Assembly (NCBI GenBank): GCA_964036045.1
Contig: OZ038379.1
Location: 5,828,001 to 5,892,000, forward strand
DNA length: 64,000 bases
Direction: 5' to 3'
Origin: Eutreptiella sp. 'Long Island Sound 2002'
Taxonomy: Eukaryota > Protista > Euglenida
How positions within the stretch are numbered: the stretch's first letter is position 1; each line of letters begins with the position of its first letter. Under the pieces are notes generated by a model that did not search any database, had not been told where the DNA came from, and was given only the letters and a program-made list of their open reading frames with translations. Below are positions 1 through 13,135 of this stretch, in pieces. Position numbers and translations under genes: made by a program.

Positions 1-348
1 TTTTTGGTGTTGTTGTTGGTTTGCACAAATCAGGCCCAAAGCGCCCTTGACCGGAACACCCCCCCCCCCCCCAATAGGGACTCATGGCCCAGGGCATTGT
101 TCCTCGTTCCAGGTGGGTTCCAATCAATCTGCTGGCAGGCAGGTCCACATTGAAGTTATTCTTGCGGGTGTTGTTGTGCATTTGATGGGGCATTTGGCTG
201 TGGTGGTGGAGTTGGTTCTGTGTGTTCCTGTTGTGAGCCATTTGGGAGCATTCTGTGGGGGTGCCACAGTTCTTGCAAGGTCTGTTTGTGCAGTGTCTGC
301 TCTGAACTCCTTCAGTGTGCTGTCTCTTGCATTCCGGGCGGACCCGTC

Positions 349-726
349 ATGCGCCAATGGCATTTGCCTCTGCTGCTGGCCCTTGTGTTGGTCTGCACGA
401 GCGTCAGCAGCCATGACTGCGGGTTCACCTTCGAAGAGACGCAAGTCATCGGGCATGGGGACCTGTTCAATTACCCGGGACTTTGGAACAATGAAGTCTC
501 AACGGTGATGGTCGTGGACCGGACCACTGGGAACTACCTACTGTATCCACAGCTGGGCACTGGCAGCAGCGTATTTCACGACAACGTCGGTGGCACGAAC
601 ATCAGCCTGGCCTCACGCCAAGAAGTCTTCATGTTCTTTGGGTCTGACGGGGCGCACAAGTGGACCAGCGTCGCATACTCCCGCACGTTTCCGGTGTTGG
701 AGCAGGACACATACATCTTCAATGAG
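349..726 (+). CDS. Gene 1 exon 1/3: secreted beta-propeller-like surface protein; join(349..726,2819..3410,5738..6543), 591 aa
   Basis: ATG 349 opens a signal peptide (MRQWHLPLLLALVLVCTSVSS). The exon ends at GAG|GTCACT and joins in phase 0 to CCTCAG|GAT at 2819. Confidence 0.75.
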
Positions 727-2818
727 GTCACTGCGGCCCCATGTCGTCTGGATCCGAGGCGCCCACCTCCCTTTTTATTGTTTTTGTCAAGACTGCCCGG
801 ATGAGGGGGCAGGACAGACGGCCAACTGTCGCAGGACCAGACCGGCCCAGCATTGCTACATATTCATACCCGGCCCCCTGCCCCCCGTAGCGCAAGCACG
901 CAAGCTCGGCCTTTTCGGATGCGTGATCCAGCTCAGAAATGTTCGGTGCGATGTGATTAAGAACTTGTCTCTTCAGCTTTACCGGAGACTGAATACTGAA
1001 GAAGTTCCTCGGCATTTCAAACTTCTTGTGGTGTGAGACCATAGGGCACAGCCCAACCCCTCCTTCTGGGCCTTTATGGCACCCCCCCCCCCCCTCCGGC
1101 CGAAAAGCTGATATGCAGTACGTTCTTGCTCTGACAGGGCATTGTTTGCAGTGCATTTTTCAGACGCCATTTTGCATGGTCTTTTCCTCCCGATCCTCTT
1201 TGCAGTCAGGTGCCTTTGAGTGGTTGCAATCCAGTTGCTCTTGGTGGGGGGCTGTGTTGAACAGGGTAAGGCTACCAAAGCTTCCACCTGCACCTTCGCT
1301 TCGCTCACCTTGATTAGCTTGTACCCCCCTCTTTCCTCCTGCCTCCCACCCCCACATCCAGGTTAGGGTGTAGAAAATTGTGGCGCTGTTCAAACTGAGG
1401 GAGCGATGGAGGCCGTTTGAAGGCAGGCGCGGCTGCAGCTGAGTGGCGGGTCCACACTCGACTTTCCGAGGCCCCCAAACCCATCTCTCTTATGCACAGA
1501 TATTGCTTTCACTTCCCCTCACACTGAGCAGTCATGGAGTTGCTGCACGGCTCCTCTGTGAAAGGGTGCGTACAGGTTGTGCAGAACCCGCCAGAACTGG
1601 GCAGCTTGGCCCTAGCGCCCTCGAACGACGCCCGGTAGCATTCGAGGTCGATTCTGGTACTGCTACCATTGTCACAGCGCCTCGCTATCAGACAGGCCTC
1701 ACCGAGTGACGAAGCTGTCACCCAACATCGCCTGCCTGGGGCGTGGGATGCCGGCGCCGTACGCCATGTGTACCAAACTGTGCAGACAGTTGCTTTTGCC
1801 GAAACACGGCCCAAGCACACAGGACGCCAACTTGCAGGCAGATGCCGTGCGATTGTTTCAGGCTGACTATTCAACTGTGAACGGGTGTCACAAAGACCTG
1901 CACAACATAGCTGCGTCTGCATACCGGAGGGAGAGGAATATACTGTGGAATTTCTGTTGCAAAAATTCTGACCGGAAATTCCTGGCGCAATTTTTGCACC
2001 CATGTTTAAGCTCTGGCAAAGCGCACTGTGACAGTTTCATGGACACAAACCCCAACAGCACGCTTGTCTGCACGTGCATTGCGTCCTGCACACTGCATTC
2101 CGCCATTGCAGCAGCTCCATCCAATCGATTGGACCCCTTTCTGGTCCCACGGACTTCTGTCTCATCTGATGTTCCCCAGGCAGAGATGAAAGCCGCAGCT
2201 GCAGCTTCGCTCAAACGCAAGAAGCGTCTGAAAGACGATGTCTGTTTCCGGGAAAATGGAAACACTTGAATCAAGCACTTTGAAGGATTGGGGCAGCGAC
2301 ATAATTTGCAGAAACACGATTTTTTCCGGGCAGCCCCCCCTACCCCCCTGTTCTGTTCACACTTGTATCATACCTGTGATCATGCTGAACTGCCGAACAT
2401 TGCTGCATATGCATACCAGGACGTGCATGTGCAGAGCGCTTTGAGACCTGCCCCTGTTCCCGCCCCCGTCCCCCTCCCCCCCTCTCTGGCGCAAGCACAC
2501 CTAGTGTAGGCATGACGACGCCGGGTTGCCTCATTTTTTTGGGACCAACTCTCAAGTCACAAGCATGCAAGGCCATTGTGGACATGGAGACAGGGGAGCT
2601 GGAGCCTGCATCTAAGGCCCCCCTCTAAGACTTGCTTGCACCCATCGCAGCGTTGTGCCTTGGAGTGCAAGCCATTTGGATTGGCAGTGGATGTGATTGG
2701 GGGCCATGGCTGATGCTGCTGTCCCCACCACGCACAGCGGTCTGCGTACCATTCCAATGGCTTTCACACTGTTGCAGTGTGAATCTCGACTGCGCCAGCC
2801 CCCCCCATCCCTCCTCAG

Positions 2819-3410
2819 GATGAGGTCACAAGGCTGGCCGAAAGCGACGGGCGGGTCGTGTGGGCCTCGCCGCTGTGCTTCGAGTACCGCGCGTCGGGGA
2901 TCAAGATGGTCAGCGACTTCTTTCCCGTGGAGCGGGAGAGCGGCGCGGAGCTCGCGGTCGGGCTCCTCATGACCGGCCGCGGCGAGTGCCGCGTGCGCGT
3001 CGCCGACCAGCCGCAGCTCCTGCGCAGCGACAAGCCCGCAGACCCGTCGCGCAGCACGCCCTACATCCTGTACCTCAGCCGGGCCACCGGCGCGGTCCTG
3101 CGGCTCCGGAAGTTTGACGTGGTCGAGGCAGACCTGATCCGGCGCGCCGTGCCGCGCGGCGGCGACGGTTACACGTTCGTGGGGATGGCCCTGCGGGGGG
3201 GCGACACCACGACGCAGTGCGTGAGTGGGCACGGGGCCAGCGGCCGCCGGCTGTGGTCCACGACCGTCCAGACGCCGCACGCGCACCATTTCCTCTGGTC
3301 GCAGGCCTACGCGGACACCGCAAACCCGCTGACGCTGTTCATTGCCGACCCCTCGGAGTATGTGGAGCTCAACGGCCGCCGCGTGCAGCACGGCGGTCTG
3401 TTGTTCGGAG
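2819..3410 (+). CDS. Gene 1 exon 2/3
   Basis: GC-rich coding-like block with Y-rich CAG acceptor at 2816-2818 and GGAG|GTATGC donor. Propeller-like motifs: LSRATGAVL, ASGRRLWST. Confidence 0.85.
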
Positions 3411-5464
3411 GTATGCACGTGTCTCATGATTTGGTGTGTGGTCTTGTTCTGATCACCCCCCCCCCCCGCCGCCCTGAAGTGCATCGGGGACGCCCTTGCA
3501 CACAGTGGACAGTTTTTGAACTGTCGGAAGTACGGTCACCTTCTTTCAAGCCTCACTCTGCTCTGGGTATGGACCCGTATGATGGGCTGTGGGCAGATGA
3601 GGATGCCTCTGGAGAAGATGATGACAACGATGACTTGCGTTTTGGTGCTTTTTGTTGTGCTCTCAGGAAGTCATGGCTGCCTTGGGTATAAATGCTGGTT
3701 CTAGCAACCAATGCACACGCAATACCTGCAGAGTGCATGGCTGTCCCCGTGAAGAGGGAATGTTGCATCACCGAGCACCGTTGCGTGCCGAGCAAACTTT
3801 CAGACCTGAACGTTCTCGGCCGGTGGTAACGTGGTGGCATTGAACTTGTTCCTGCTTTGGGAATCCCAGCGCAGCAGGAGGGGTTATGGAGCCATTTGTG
3901 GTACACACTTGGGGCTCTAAGACTACTTCTCATTTTAGGCTGCTCATGATGTTTCAAGCGCACAATATTGTGCAGTACAAGGGGAGCGCGCTACTTTTGT
4001 GCCAAGTATCCCGATCTTGCCCCTGTTTTACCGTCTCCTAGAGAAGCCCCCAAGCAGACTGGAATCAACCCCAAACCCTTCCCTACAAGCCCACAACACA
4101 CACAACATAAGACTAGATTTGTGGATTCCTTTTGCACAACAAATGTGGCATGTGTTGTGCCTAATAAGCGTCATGCATGTTGAGTGGGCTGAAGGGAGAC
4201 ATTCTCACTGATTGTCACCCCACCACAACAATCAAAAACAAATTCTGCAGCACAGGGCGAGGGATGGTGTCCTGTTCTATACCAATGCAACCCCCCATTC
4301 GCAAGCGAACGGGATGTTTCGACAGCAGCAGATGTGACTGAGTGGCCCATAGCACAGGGCTGATTCCCAACAGAACTCGGCCCCCCTGCCAGACACTAGT
4401 GGCATGGCTCCCCCCACTACATCGGTGGGCTCAGGTCGATCTTGTGGCTGCTCCTGTGCTCGTGTACGCCTCCTCTTGGTTGATGGCGCGCAGTAGTTGT
4501 CCTGCCCGGCTATGTCTTGATGCAACTGAAACGCCGTAGGGAACAGCCCCCGGCATCCGACTCAGTAGGCCCCAGCTGCTTCTGACCACATGGGACCTGG
4601 CGGACGCTGGTGGCAAGTCTGAATGGGGGCGGCCATGCAGAGCAGACGAAACGGCGCACCGGGGGTTGCGACTCTGGGGCACACGCCAGCGGACCATGGG
4701 GCTGCAGAAGTCGGCCCTTGTCCTTCGCTGAGCCTTCGCTACAAGGGGGCAACAACGCCTGAACTGTCACCGCTACAGCGGTCCATGAGCGGCTGGAACA
4801 CCACACCGGAGGTGGTGTGAGCCCTGACCACTGCCACTGAGGGGCCTGGCAGTATGGGCCAAGGCACGGGAGCTGGACAGACCGTGATTTCCCCCGGTGC
4901 ACAACTTCAGCCGCTTTGGACCCCCCAAACCCCCGCTCCATGTGGCACGCCTCATGACTGGGGGGATGTGGTGATTTCAAAGCCTGGACCGTGTGCACGC
5001 GTACTCCTGTGTGCAGCTTCATATCGTTTATGGGCGGCTTTGGACCTGTGCACCTGGGGGTTTTGGGGGGTTTGGGGGGTTTGGAGGTTGGTTCCGGGAA
5101 AGTCATCCCAATACAGGGCGCTGTGCCCCCGCTGTGCGTACCCCCATCGGAAAAAAAATGGGGATTTCATCGGCAATACGACAATTTCGGAGGGTACAGT
5201 GCCAGGGGTTGTCATGTGCCAGCTGGAGGGCCTTCACTCTGCGACCGCTCCAGCCCCGAGCCCCGAGTGAACGGGGCGACAATGCCGTGTCCCCAAACTG
5301 CTGTGCCGAGAACCCCATTTCCATCGCTGTGGCGCCTCCTCCCACCCCGTTGCACGGCCTTTGTCGCAGGTTTAGAATGGCCGTGCACCGCAGGAGGGGG
5401 GGGGCTGGTCCCCCCCTTCCCCTGGACCACCCCCCCCCCCCCCAGACCCAGACGTGTTGGTGGG

Positions 5465-5725
5465 CGGGGCAACCACCAAGGCCTTGTGCCAACCCCCCCC
5501 CCAGACCAAAGTGACCGCAGTGGGGAAAAAAAACCGAAATCTACACTTGGGAAACTCTGGTCGGGCCATTTTTGGTGCACAAAATTTTTCAAGGTCCCAG
5601 ACCCCCCCCCCCGCCCCACAGAGGGTCGGAATGTACAATGGCGAGAGGCCCATAGGCGCCGCCAAAGGCAAGCAAACCAACACCATGGCCTCGTGCCACC
5701 CCCCCTCCCTTCTAATACTTCCCTG
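5465..5725. repeat. Interspersed repeat family B (ACCAAAGTGACC.CAGTGGG..GGGCCATTTTTGGT.CAC..GGTCCCAGACCCC..CTTCTAAT)
   Basis: Homologous segments at 23905-24190 and 33905-33960. AACCACCAAGGCCTTGTGCC also occurs at 36781 and partially at 16605. Confidence 0.7.
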
Positions 5726-5737
5726 CTTGTCCCTCAG

Positions 5738-6543
5738 GCATCGACCCGACGTCGGGGGACTTCGCGTGGACGCAGGCCGTCGCGTACCCCGGCCGCATCA
5801 CGTCCACGTTCATCCGCTACCTGGACCAGGACCTGGTGCTGCTCGGGGCCCTGTGGGACATGCGCCACGACCTCGCGCTGGGCAGCCTCCGGATCCCGCG
5901 GCTGCGGCGCCCGGTGCAGGGGACGGCCGGGCTGCTCGCCGTCTACGACGCCGGCGCCCGCGACTTCGTCGCGGCGCACGAGGTCGCGTCGGAGCTCGCG
6001 TACCCCGGCCACAACGTCGGGGTCGCCGGGGCCGCCGGGCCCGGCTACCGCGTCATGGCCTGCCCCGTGTTCGCCGACGACGGCGCCGCGCAGCGGCCCC
6101 TGGACGGCGCGCACTCCGTCACGCTGCCGCACCCGCACGCCGACTCCGTCGTGTTGGTGCGGTACGCGTACCGCAATTGCCGGGCAGCCGCCCCCGGCGC
6201 CGGCGCGGGCCCGGGCTCCGACGCCGCCGGGCCCGATGCGGAAGCTCCGTCCCAGTCTGCGGACAACGGTGGCCTCCGGGCGAATCCTACCCCCGCGCCA
6301 GACAGTCCCTCTCGCGGCCGTCTCGACCCCAGGCCTGACCCCCAGGCCCAGGGCGCTGTCTCTTCCGCCCCCACTGGCCCGGGGCCTGACACGGCCCAAG
6401 CCGCTCCCGCCGCATCCGAGGCCGCATGGGCGCTGGATCTGCGACACGTGTTCTCCTCCGCCCGCCTTGTTCGGCCGGACGTGCCGGTCCTCTGCCTCGC
6501 GATGGCGCTGCTGCTGCCGCTGGTTTTGCCTCCCGCGCTGTGA
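5738..6543 (+). CDS. Gene 1 exon 3/3 (Pro/Ala-rich stalk and hydrophobic, GPI-signal-like C-terminus)
   Basis: CCTCAG|GC acceptor restores the frame (phase 1; GIDPTSGDFAW). Ends VLCLAMALLLPLVLPPAL-TGA. Confidence 0.85.
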
Positions 6544-9439
6544 CCCTTGCCTCCCGGCGCTCACCCGCTGCCGAACCCCCCAGCCCCTCGCATTCGTACG
6601 CTGCCGGGGTGTGGCCGGCAAAGCGCGCGGGGGGCGGGGGGGGGTAGGCAGAACGAGACGTGCCACTTTGCTCCAACAAGGCAAGTTTCATAAGGAATAG
6701 GCCCTGCGCTATTTTCCGCTCAGTGACACACGCTCGAACTCGGTAAGAATCAGCTGTATCCAGCGCACTTTGTGGTCATGTCCGAGCTGGCGGACGCTCT
6801 GGGCAAGTCTGGAAAGAAGTAGCTTCAAAGCCTGCGACGACGGCAAAGCTCAACCAGATGCATCTGTGGTGCCGACTCATCATGCCCTGCTGCCGAGCCT
6901 GTGTACGGGGCCCCCCAACACAAACCGCCTGAGCGGGGGGCCGGATGCCCGAAGCGATGGTGGTTGATGATGGGAATGGTTACATAAGCGGTTGCGGGCA
7001 TTTGCCAACGATAGACAAAAGCGTGGAGAGGCCTTCATTTCGCACACGTCGTGGTGGGCAGAGACAGACCCCACGCTGGGGGACAGTTCTTCTGGCGATT
7101 CTGCAAATTTCCGAAGGGTGCAGGGCATTGTGATGGGGCGACTCACAGACCCCCAGGGCGCATGGCGAGATTCTCAGACACTCGGAAGGTACCATGGGGC
7201 TGTAGAAGGAATGGCATTGAATGTGATTTACCCCGGTGACAGTCTGTACCCCATAACCCGTCATCCCATTTTCCTTTCCTGCTGCTGCTGCTGCTGCTGC
7301 TGGTATTGAAAAAGGAGCGCTTTGTTGGGTTCACGGTGTTGCTCTGCATGCCCTGCGTGATGACGCATTGTACTCCATTCGCTCTTCATGACCACGAGAT
7401 GGAGGTGCCCTCAGGCAAAGACGGTTGGCTAGCCTGACGGCTGACAGCTGCATTGCATTTTGTGGAGTACACTGTCGTTCATGCGTGACCAGAGGGCAGC
7501 GGCAGCAGCAGGGCCGTCCATGAGAATGGTGCTTGCGACCAAAGCAAAGTGACTGACCCTTCTCTGATGAACCTTTCTTTCATGTCCTGTGTGTTAGGGA
7601 TCTTGCTGACCGCTCAGTGCTGTGGGGCTGTGGCATATGCCAGCTCGCCTTACCAGTGCACCTGTGCAGATTTGAATGGTGCGGCGGCAGGGGGTGTGAC
7701 TTGGGTGGGGGGCAACATGCCGCCAACTGATGAAGAGAAGGCGCACGAGAAAATGCAACCCAGGGAGCGCCTCAGCCACGGCCTGTGAGCTCAAGGGATG
7801 GCGTGACGTAATTGACCGTGGGGCTCAAATAAAAAAGCGAGCGCCTCGGCCTGAGTAGCCATCTTCTCGTCGATGAGGCTACAAAGGAAGCAATCCCTGG
7901 CTCACCTATGCACCAGAGATGAGGCGCCGGGTAAATGACTTTCTACATCCGCGGCATTGTTTCGACAATCCGCAGCTCTGTGGACTCAGGGAGCGCCTCG
8001 GATTTGGGATCATAATGTCCCGGGGACGTCACATGCATTCTTCGCAAGAATGCATTCAAATGTATTCTTTGCGAAGAATGTGGGGGGCTGATGTGAGATG
8101 TGCAGGGCACACACTGTAAATATGAGCACCTCATTTCGAGGGTTCTCGCATCAAAGAGGAAGTCTCATCCAGGGAAAAGCCCCCCCCCCCCCAAAAAAAA
8201 AACAATTTACCCCCAAACTCTACTTCCATGCATGTTTATTCCTATGAAGCCACATTGATTATACACTCATGGAGACCCCGAGAGAGTAGTGTGCATGTAG
8301 CAATTTTGGTTCCTCTCCGCCTAAGGAGACTCTGAGACGACAGGGGTTGTGCAAGGTAGGAAAATGTCTGGAGTATTTAAGGTTCCAGTGGCTGTTGATC
8401 ATCGTCAATTGTGGTCATGTCTCTACGTCAATTGGGTGAGTTTTTGGAGTCTGACGTTGGTTGATCGCGGAGAATTTCTCAGCACCTGTCAACTTTGCAC
8501 CCACAAGGGTGTACAACAATGCAATCCATGTACAACATGATTAGATGATGATTTCCCTGCCGTTATCTTGCTCCTCGTGTTGCCATCTAGGGCCCTGCAG
8601 TGAGGGCAAATCCTAAGGGGGAATGCCATGTAATTGTCCCAGAAGGTCTGCACCGTGCACCTGCGCTGAAGCAGTGGGACATGTGGATGTTGACTGAGTA
8701 CCTTTCTGCAAACCTATCATAACGGCGTGCTGTACTGAACGCAACTGCACCAGCCCCCCACCACTGCCGCTGCCCCCATGCCCTGCTCCTGGCCTGTGAC
8801 CCACTGTCTACGTTACTGCCCCAACGTCCCGTGACCCCGCTTCTGACCTCCCGTCCCTTGTGCAGCCAAATTCCCGGAGACCCAACCATTGCTGACTGAG
8901 CCTCGCTGCATGTGTGCATACCGCTTTCCAAACTATGCGTTACCCCCGAGGCATCTTTCTGTCAGCAAAGCAGCGGCAAACGGTGGCCGGTGACTAGACC
9001 ACTGTTTTGTTGTTTGTGTGGCAAGGGGACAGGGTAGACTTGGTCACAGGGTGGGCAGTGTCGAAGGTGACGCGATGTCAGGATAATGAGGCGCAAAGCC
9101 CGAGCTGGGCACCGGTGTGTCGAGCATGTTACGGGCTGGCGACAGGACAGGCATCAGGGTTGGGCTGTCACTGGTGCTGCCACGTTGCTGTTGCTGCCAG
9201 AATTCAGGAGAACCCCTGCGGAGGTATGGTCTGTGAGGCATGGTAGGGGATGAGGTATGTGCGGAGTATGTGCGTGTGTGGGCACAATCAGTGAGCGATG
9301 TAGGCGCCAAAAGTGTTTGATGCCCCGTGTCCGGGAAGTGCCTGATACTTCTTGGTATGGCCCAGAATGTGAAAAGGAGGTAGCGGGTCCTACCACGCGG
9401 GGGTGAGGGAAGGGGGTGGGGCCGTGGGGGGGGGGGGGA

Positions 9440-9635
9440 GCAGCACAACCCTAGTACCCCAACCACTGGGCTCCCAACTACTGGGCTCTCCCAACTCGAA
9501 AACGACACCACAGGAACACAGGCCGCAGCGGCCAACAGAAAGCAGCGACCCGACGCAACATGCGAAGGGAAGAATGGGTGACTGTCTAGGGCCCCGTAAA
9601 GGAGCAACAACCCGACAGAATGTCACACAGGGGGG
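9440..9635. repeat. Interspersed repeat family A, copy 1
   Basis: CAGAAAGCAGCGACCCGACGCAACATGCGAAGGGAAGAA..GGTGACTGTC.AGGGCCCCGT..GAATGTCACACAGGGG is shared with the copies at ~34050 and ~55700. Confidence 0.85.
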
Positions 9636-11289
9636 AGGCGGTGGGACCCCAAGGGGATGCCGCGGGGGCTGGACCCCTTCTGCTTCAGGAGCGCAGGGGA
9701 TGGCCTTGGTCATGAGAGCCCCTTTGAGGGTGAGGCGTCCGGGAAGTGAGCTTCCTTCCAACACAGAGCAGAGGGCAACCTGTGCCACTCACCCCCCCCC
9801 TCCCCTTGCGCAAGCACTGCCTTGTCAAAAGCAAGGGGACCCGCCCGACAGTTGTTTTCCCGACCGCGTCTTGAGGTTGCCTCTTGTGTTCACTGCCTTG
9901 TCTCAGCACGGGGACCCTGACTTTCCTGACGTTCAGCCTGCTTGCGTCCCTACACCACATTCCCCCTGTCCGGGGACACAAAACATACCCGCTTTCCTCT
10001 CCAAAACTCGAACAAGTGTGCATACCCGTGCTTGGCTTTTATAGCTTCCTCCCCAACATACCACCAAGTCAATGGGCCACCCCTCAGCATGCCAATGGAC
10101 CCCTGCCTTCGGGAAAGAACATTCAGCCCCCCCCCCCCCCCCCTCCAATAGACCCCCCCTTCTGGAAGGAAGAATCATCCCTCCCCCTTCCAGGACGACA
10201 AAAGTGAAAAACTATTAAAAAGTGTCTCTAATGTGACCTCCACAACCAGGCGCACAGCATAAATCCAACAAAGCAGGTGCACAGGGCAGAAAAAGACAGA
10301 CAGTGACAGTACCTCTACAGTACAGTACAGTTGTTCTACCTCTTGTAGCGAACAGCCTCGTGAGTTTTCTGGATGTACTTTGACAGGATGGTGCTCTGTC
10401 TATGAAACTTTGAGAATAACTTCGGCACAGCTCAGTGGCAACATACCTTGGCCCCTGCCAGGGTACACCGAGTGTTGATTATCCCCCAGCCGAGGCTTTC
10501 TCTTTCTCTGCATGTCGGAGAAATCCCTAGCGGACCCGTTGCTGTCCCCTTCATACCAATGCAAATTCAGAGGACAAGATCTGGCTCTTGGACAGAGACT
10601 GGGGGGCGGCTAGACGAGGGAAAAGGTCTGAGATACACACCAGCATACAAAATGCCTTGTACTCTGGAGGACGACACAAATATCTGCCCTCCTATAACCC
10701 TAAATCCCTTGTCTAAGCTATGCACAGCAGCAAAACTGCATTATTGCTATCAAGGTACCTCACCCGCATCATCACCTCAACGAGGGTTGTTGGATCAAGC
10801 GCAGGCATGAGAGCCAAGGGGGGGGGCATTCGTGTAGCATCAGGGGTGGGAGAAACTTAGTATTTAAGGATTGTGTCGCAATTTTTGCTGTCCTTTTTTC
10901 TGGACATCAAGTTCTTCAAGCTTTGACCCCTCTGCTAAATAGCTAAACAGTTATGACAAGTAATGACAGGATGTGGTGGTTGCTCAGTTGTAGATGCAGC
11001 GTCCAAGAAACGGCGGGCCTGAGTTGCTTTTTTTTTTTAGGCGCCCATGATTATCTGTGTCTGTAGGTGTAGGTAGGTGTGGCAATGATGTAATTTGATA
11101 TCTTTTCCGCCGTCCAAGAAACAGCGGACCTGGGAGCCAACCTTGGGCCTTGCCCTTCACCATGGGAAAGCGTAGCGCAATTTTTCCCGTCACTTTTCAG
11201 GATGGTGGCGGAATTTTTCCTATACTACATTTTTCAGTATAAAAAATTTTCCGCCACTACATCCCCCCCCCGCCCCCTGGTGTCACCTA

Positions 11290-12010
11290 ATGTGTGATAT
11301 TTGATGTTCAACCCCATTGTAAGTCATCAGTTTGGGAGACAAAATGATCTCCCGATGAATTTTTTTTCCTTTGACCCCCCCCCCACCTGTGGATACTGTG
11401 TGCGTCAATTTGGACCCTGCTCCAAGGCAATTTTTCTTCTTCCATATGGACCCCCTAACCAATGGCAGGTGTCCCGGGTTCCATCTCCGGGTTTCCAAGA
11501 CAACCCCCCCCCCCTTATGGGGCCCCATTGTTGGTGGTTTAGCTGTTTTCAAGCCGGCCTGAGGTGGTCCGGGGGACCGGGGGAAAAAGCGCAATTTCCT
11601 GGGGACCTCCATCAACCCCCCGGGCACCCTTGGGACCGGGGTTCAGTGATCATTTGATGATAACGGGAGTACATATAAACCGGTGGGGAGCCATGTGGCA
11701 CCAACTAGGCCCTCCTAGTGGTGCTTATTGGCCCTCGAAAGCGGCGTTTTGGGCCTGTTTGCACCGCGGTGGGCAAAACCTGGTTGGCCTACAGCCGCCA
11801 ATGTGCATCGATTCGGACCATCGTCCAGGGCAACTTGTCCAGGGCAACTTTTTTCTTCTCTATGCACCCCCCAACCAATGGTGGGGTCCTGGATTCTATC
11901 TCCTGGTTTCCGGTTTTGCCCCCCCCCCCCCCCATGGGGCCCCATGGGTGAGGACTCAATGACCGTTTTTAGGCCTCCATGGGGTTGGGTGAAAATCGCA
12001 ATTTCTTAGT
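11290..12010. repeat. Degenerate satellite family (CCCCC.AACCAATGG..CC.GG.TTC..CCCCCC.ATGGGGCCCCA)
   Basis: Units near 11450-11530 and 11865-11945. Related sequence at 41300-41390. Confidence 0.6.
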
Positions 12011-12032
12011 GACCCCCTCCCCCCCCCCCCCC

Positions 12033-12085
12033 CCTTGGGGACTTGAACCTGCTGCCGGTTGCTCCACCACTAGGGCAAGTGCCCT
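12033..12085 (-). mobile_element. tRNA-derived SINE-like head lacking the anticodon arm
   Basis: The minus strand reads TGCCCTAGTGGTGGAGCA-ACCGGCAGCA-GGTTCAAGTCC. Confidence 0.4.
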
Positions 12086-12433
12086 TTGGCAGACATATCA
12101 GCAAGCGTAAACATCAAACCAACCCCATGGAGCATGTTTTTAACCAGGTTCTGCGGGAGGGATGAGCTGACTCAAGCCAGCCTGAGAAAAAAAACATTTG
12201 ATAGCCTGCGGGTGAACTCAAGGCAACATTCATCATGGTTTGGAAGAGCTGCAGTGTAGCAGGACATTGATGGGCTGTGACCGGTCGCCTATGCCGCAGG
12301 GGTGTTCAGTAGCTGAGTCTTCGTTGCTTCATGGCCCCCTTGGGGACCCTTGGCCCGGAGTTGGGTGATCATTTGGTGACATGGGAGTACGCGCAAACCC
12401 ATCAGACTTATTTTCACGTCCGTTTGGTGTGAA

Positions 12434-12740
12434 AGTGAGTTTTGGCCCAAGAATGTGAAATCATGACCTTGATTGGGAATTGGATGATGGATGATGATGA
12501 TGATGATGATTGGTGATCCCAAAAGTGGAGATGCTGACTCCGAAACAATTCCAAAAACCATGTATACAGTTGCCTCTACAATCTATTTGACGTCGGTTTG
12601 GTATGAATGTGAGTTTTGGCCCATGAATTGAAAGTCGTGACCCTCCTTGGGGATTGGATGATGGATGGTGATGACGATGCATGCTACCAAAATCAGAGAT
12701 GCTGAATCTCCACCAATTACAAAAACCACTTGTGTAGTTG
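12434..12740. repeat. Degenerate tandem duplication with (GAT)n cores
   Basis: GTGAGTTTT(T)GGCCC..GGATGATGGATG at ~12436 and ~12610. Confidence 0.7.
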
Positions 12741-12894
12741 TGTCTGCAACAGCCTCTCTCTCCCACCCTTTCACGCGAGCGCCCAAGACTTTTTAAAAAA
12801 ACGCTACTACCCTCCTTGATATGATGGTAACCCTCGTTTCCGTCTAGAACGTTTTTTAGTGGCAAGTTTTTTCCCTTTTCTGCTAAAAGATGTC

Positions 12895-13020
12895 GCCCTC
12901 CAACCGCCGCTGGTTGCCCTCCAAACGTCGTTGATCGTTGATTACCCTCCACCCGCTGTCAGTTACTCTTCAACTGCCGTCAGTTACCCTCCAACAGCCA
13001 TTGATTGCCCTTCAAGGTGC
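12895..13020. repeat. ~21-bp degenerate minisatellite upstream of gene 2
   Basis: Repeated CCAAC.GCC(G/A)..(G/A)GTT(G/A)CCCT units. Confidence 0.6.
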
Positions 13021-13135
13021 CATCTGCTGGTGTACCTAAAGAATGACCTGAACAGCTCAAGTTTTTTTTCTATTTTAATTGAAAAAACCTCTTGTTTCCA
13101 CCGTCCTCGCTCCGTTCAGAGGTGCTTGGTCTCGC

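Noticed and set aside
1706-2269. 187-aa ORF in intron 1 of gene 1
   Set aside because: It lacks exon-like composition and any recognisable motif. It may be TE debris but cannot be supported.
4991-6700. Long alternative-frame and antisense ORFs over the GC-rich exons (also at 13-15, 24, 40, 54 and 61 kb)
   Set aside because: They are shadow ORFs caused by high GC and codon bias. The peptides are R/P/G-rich with no motifs.
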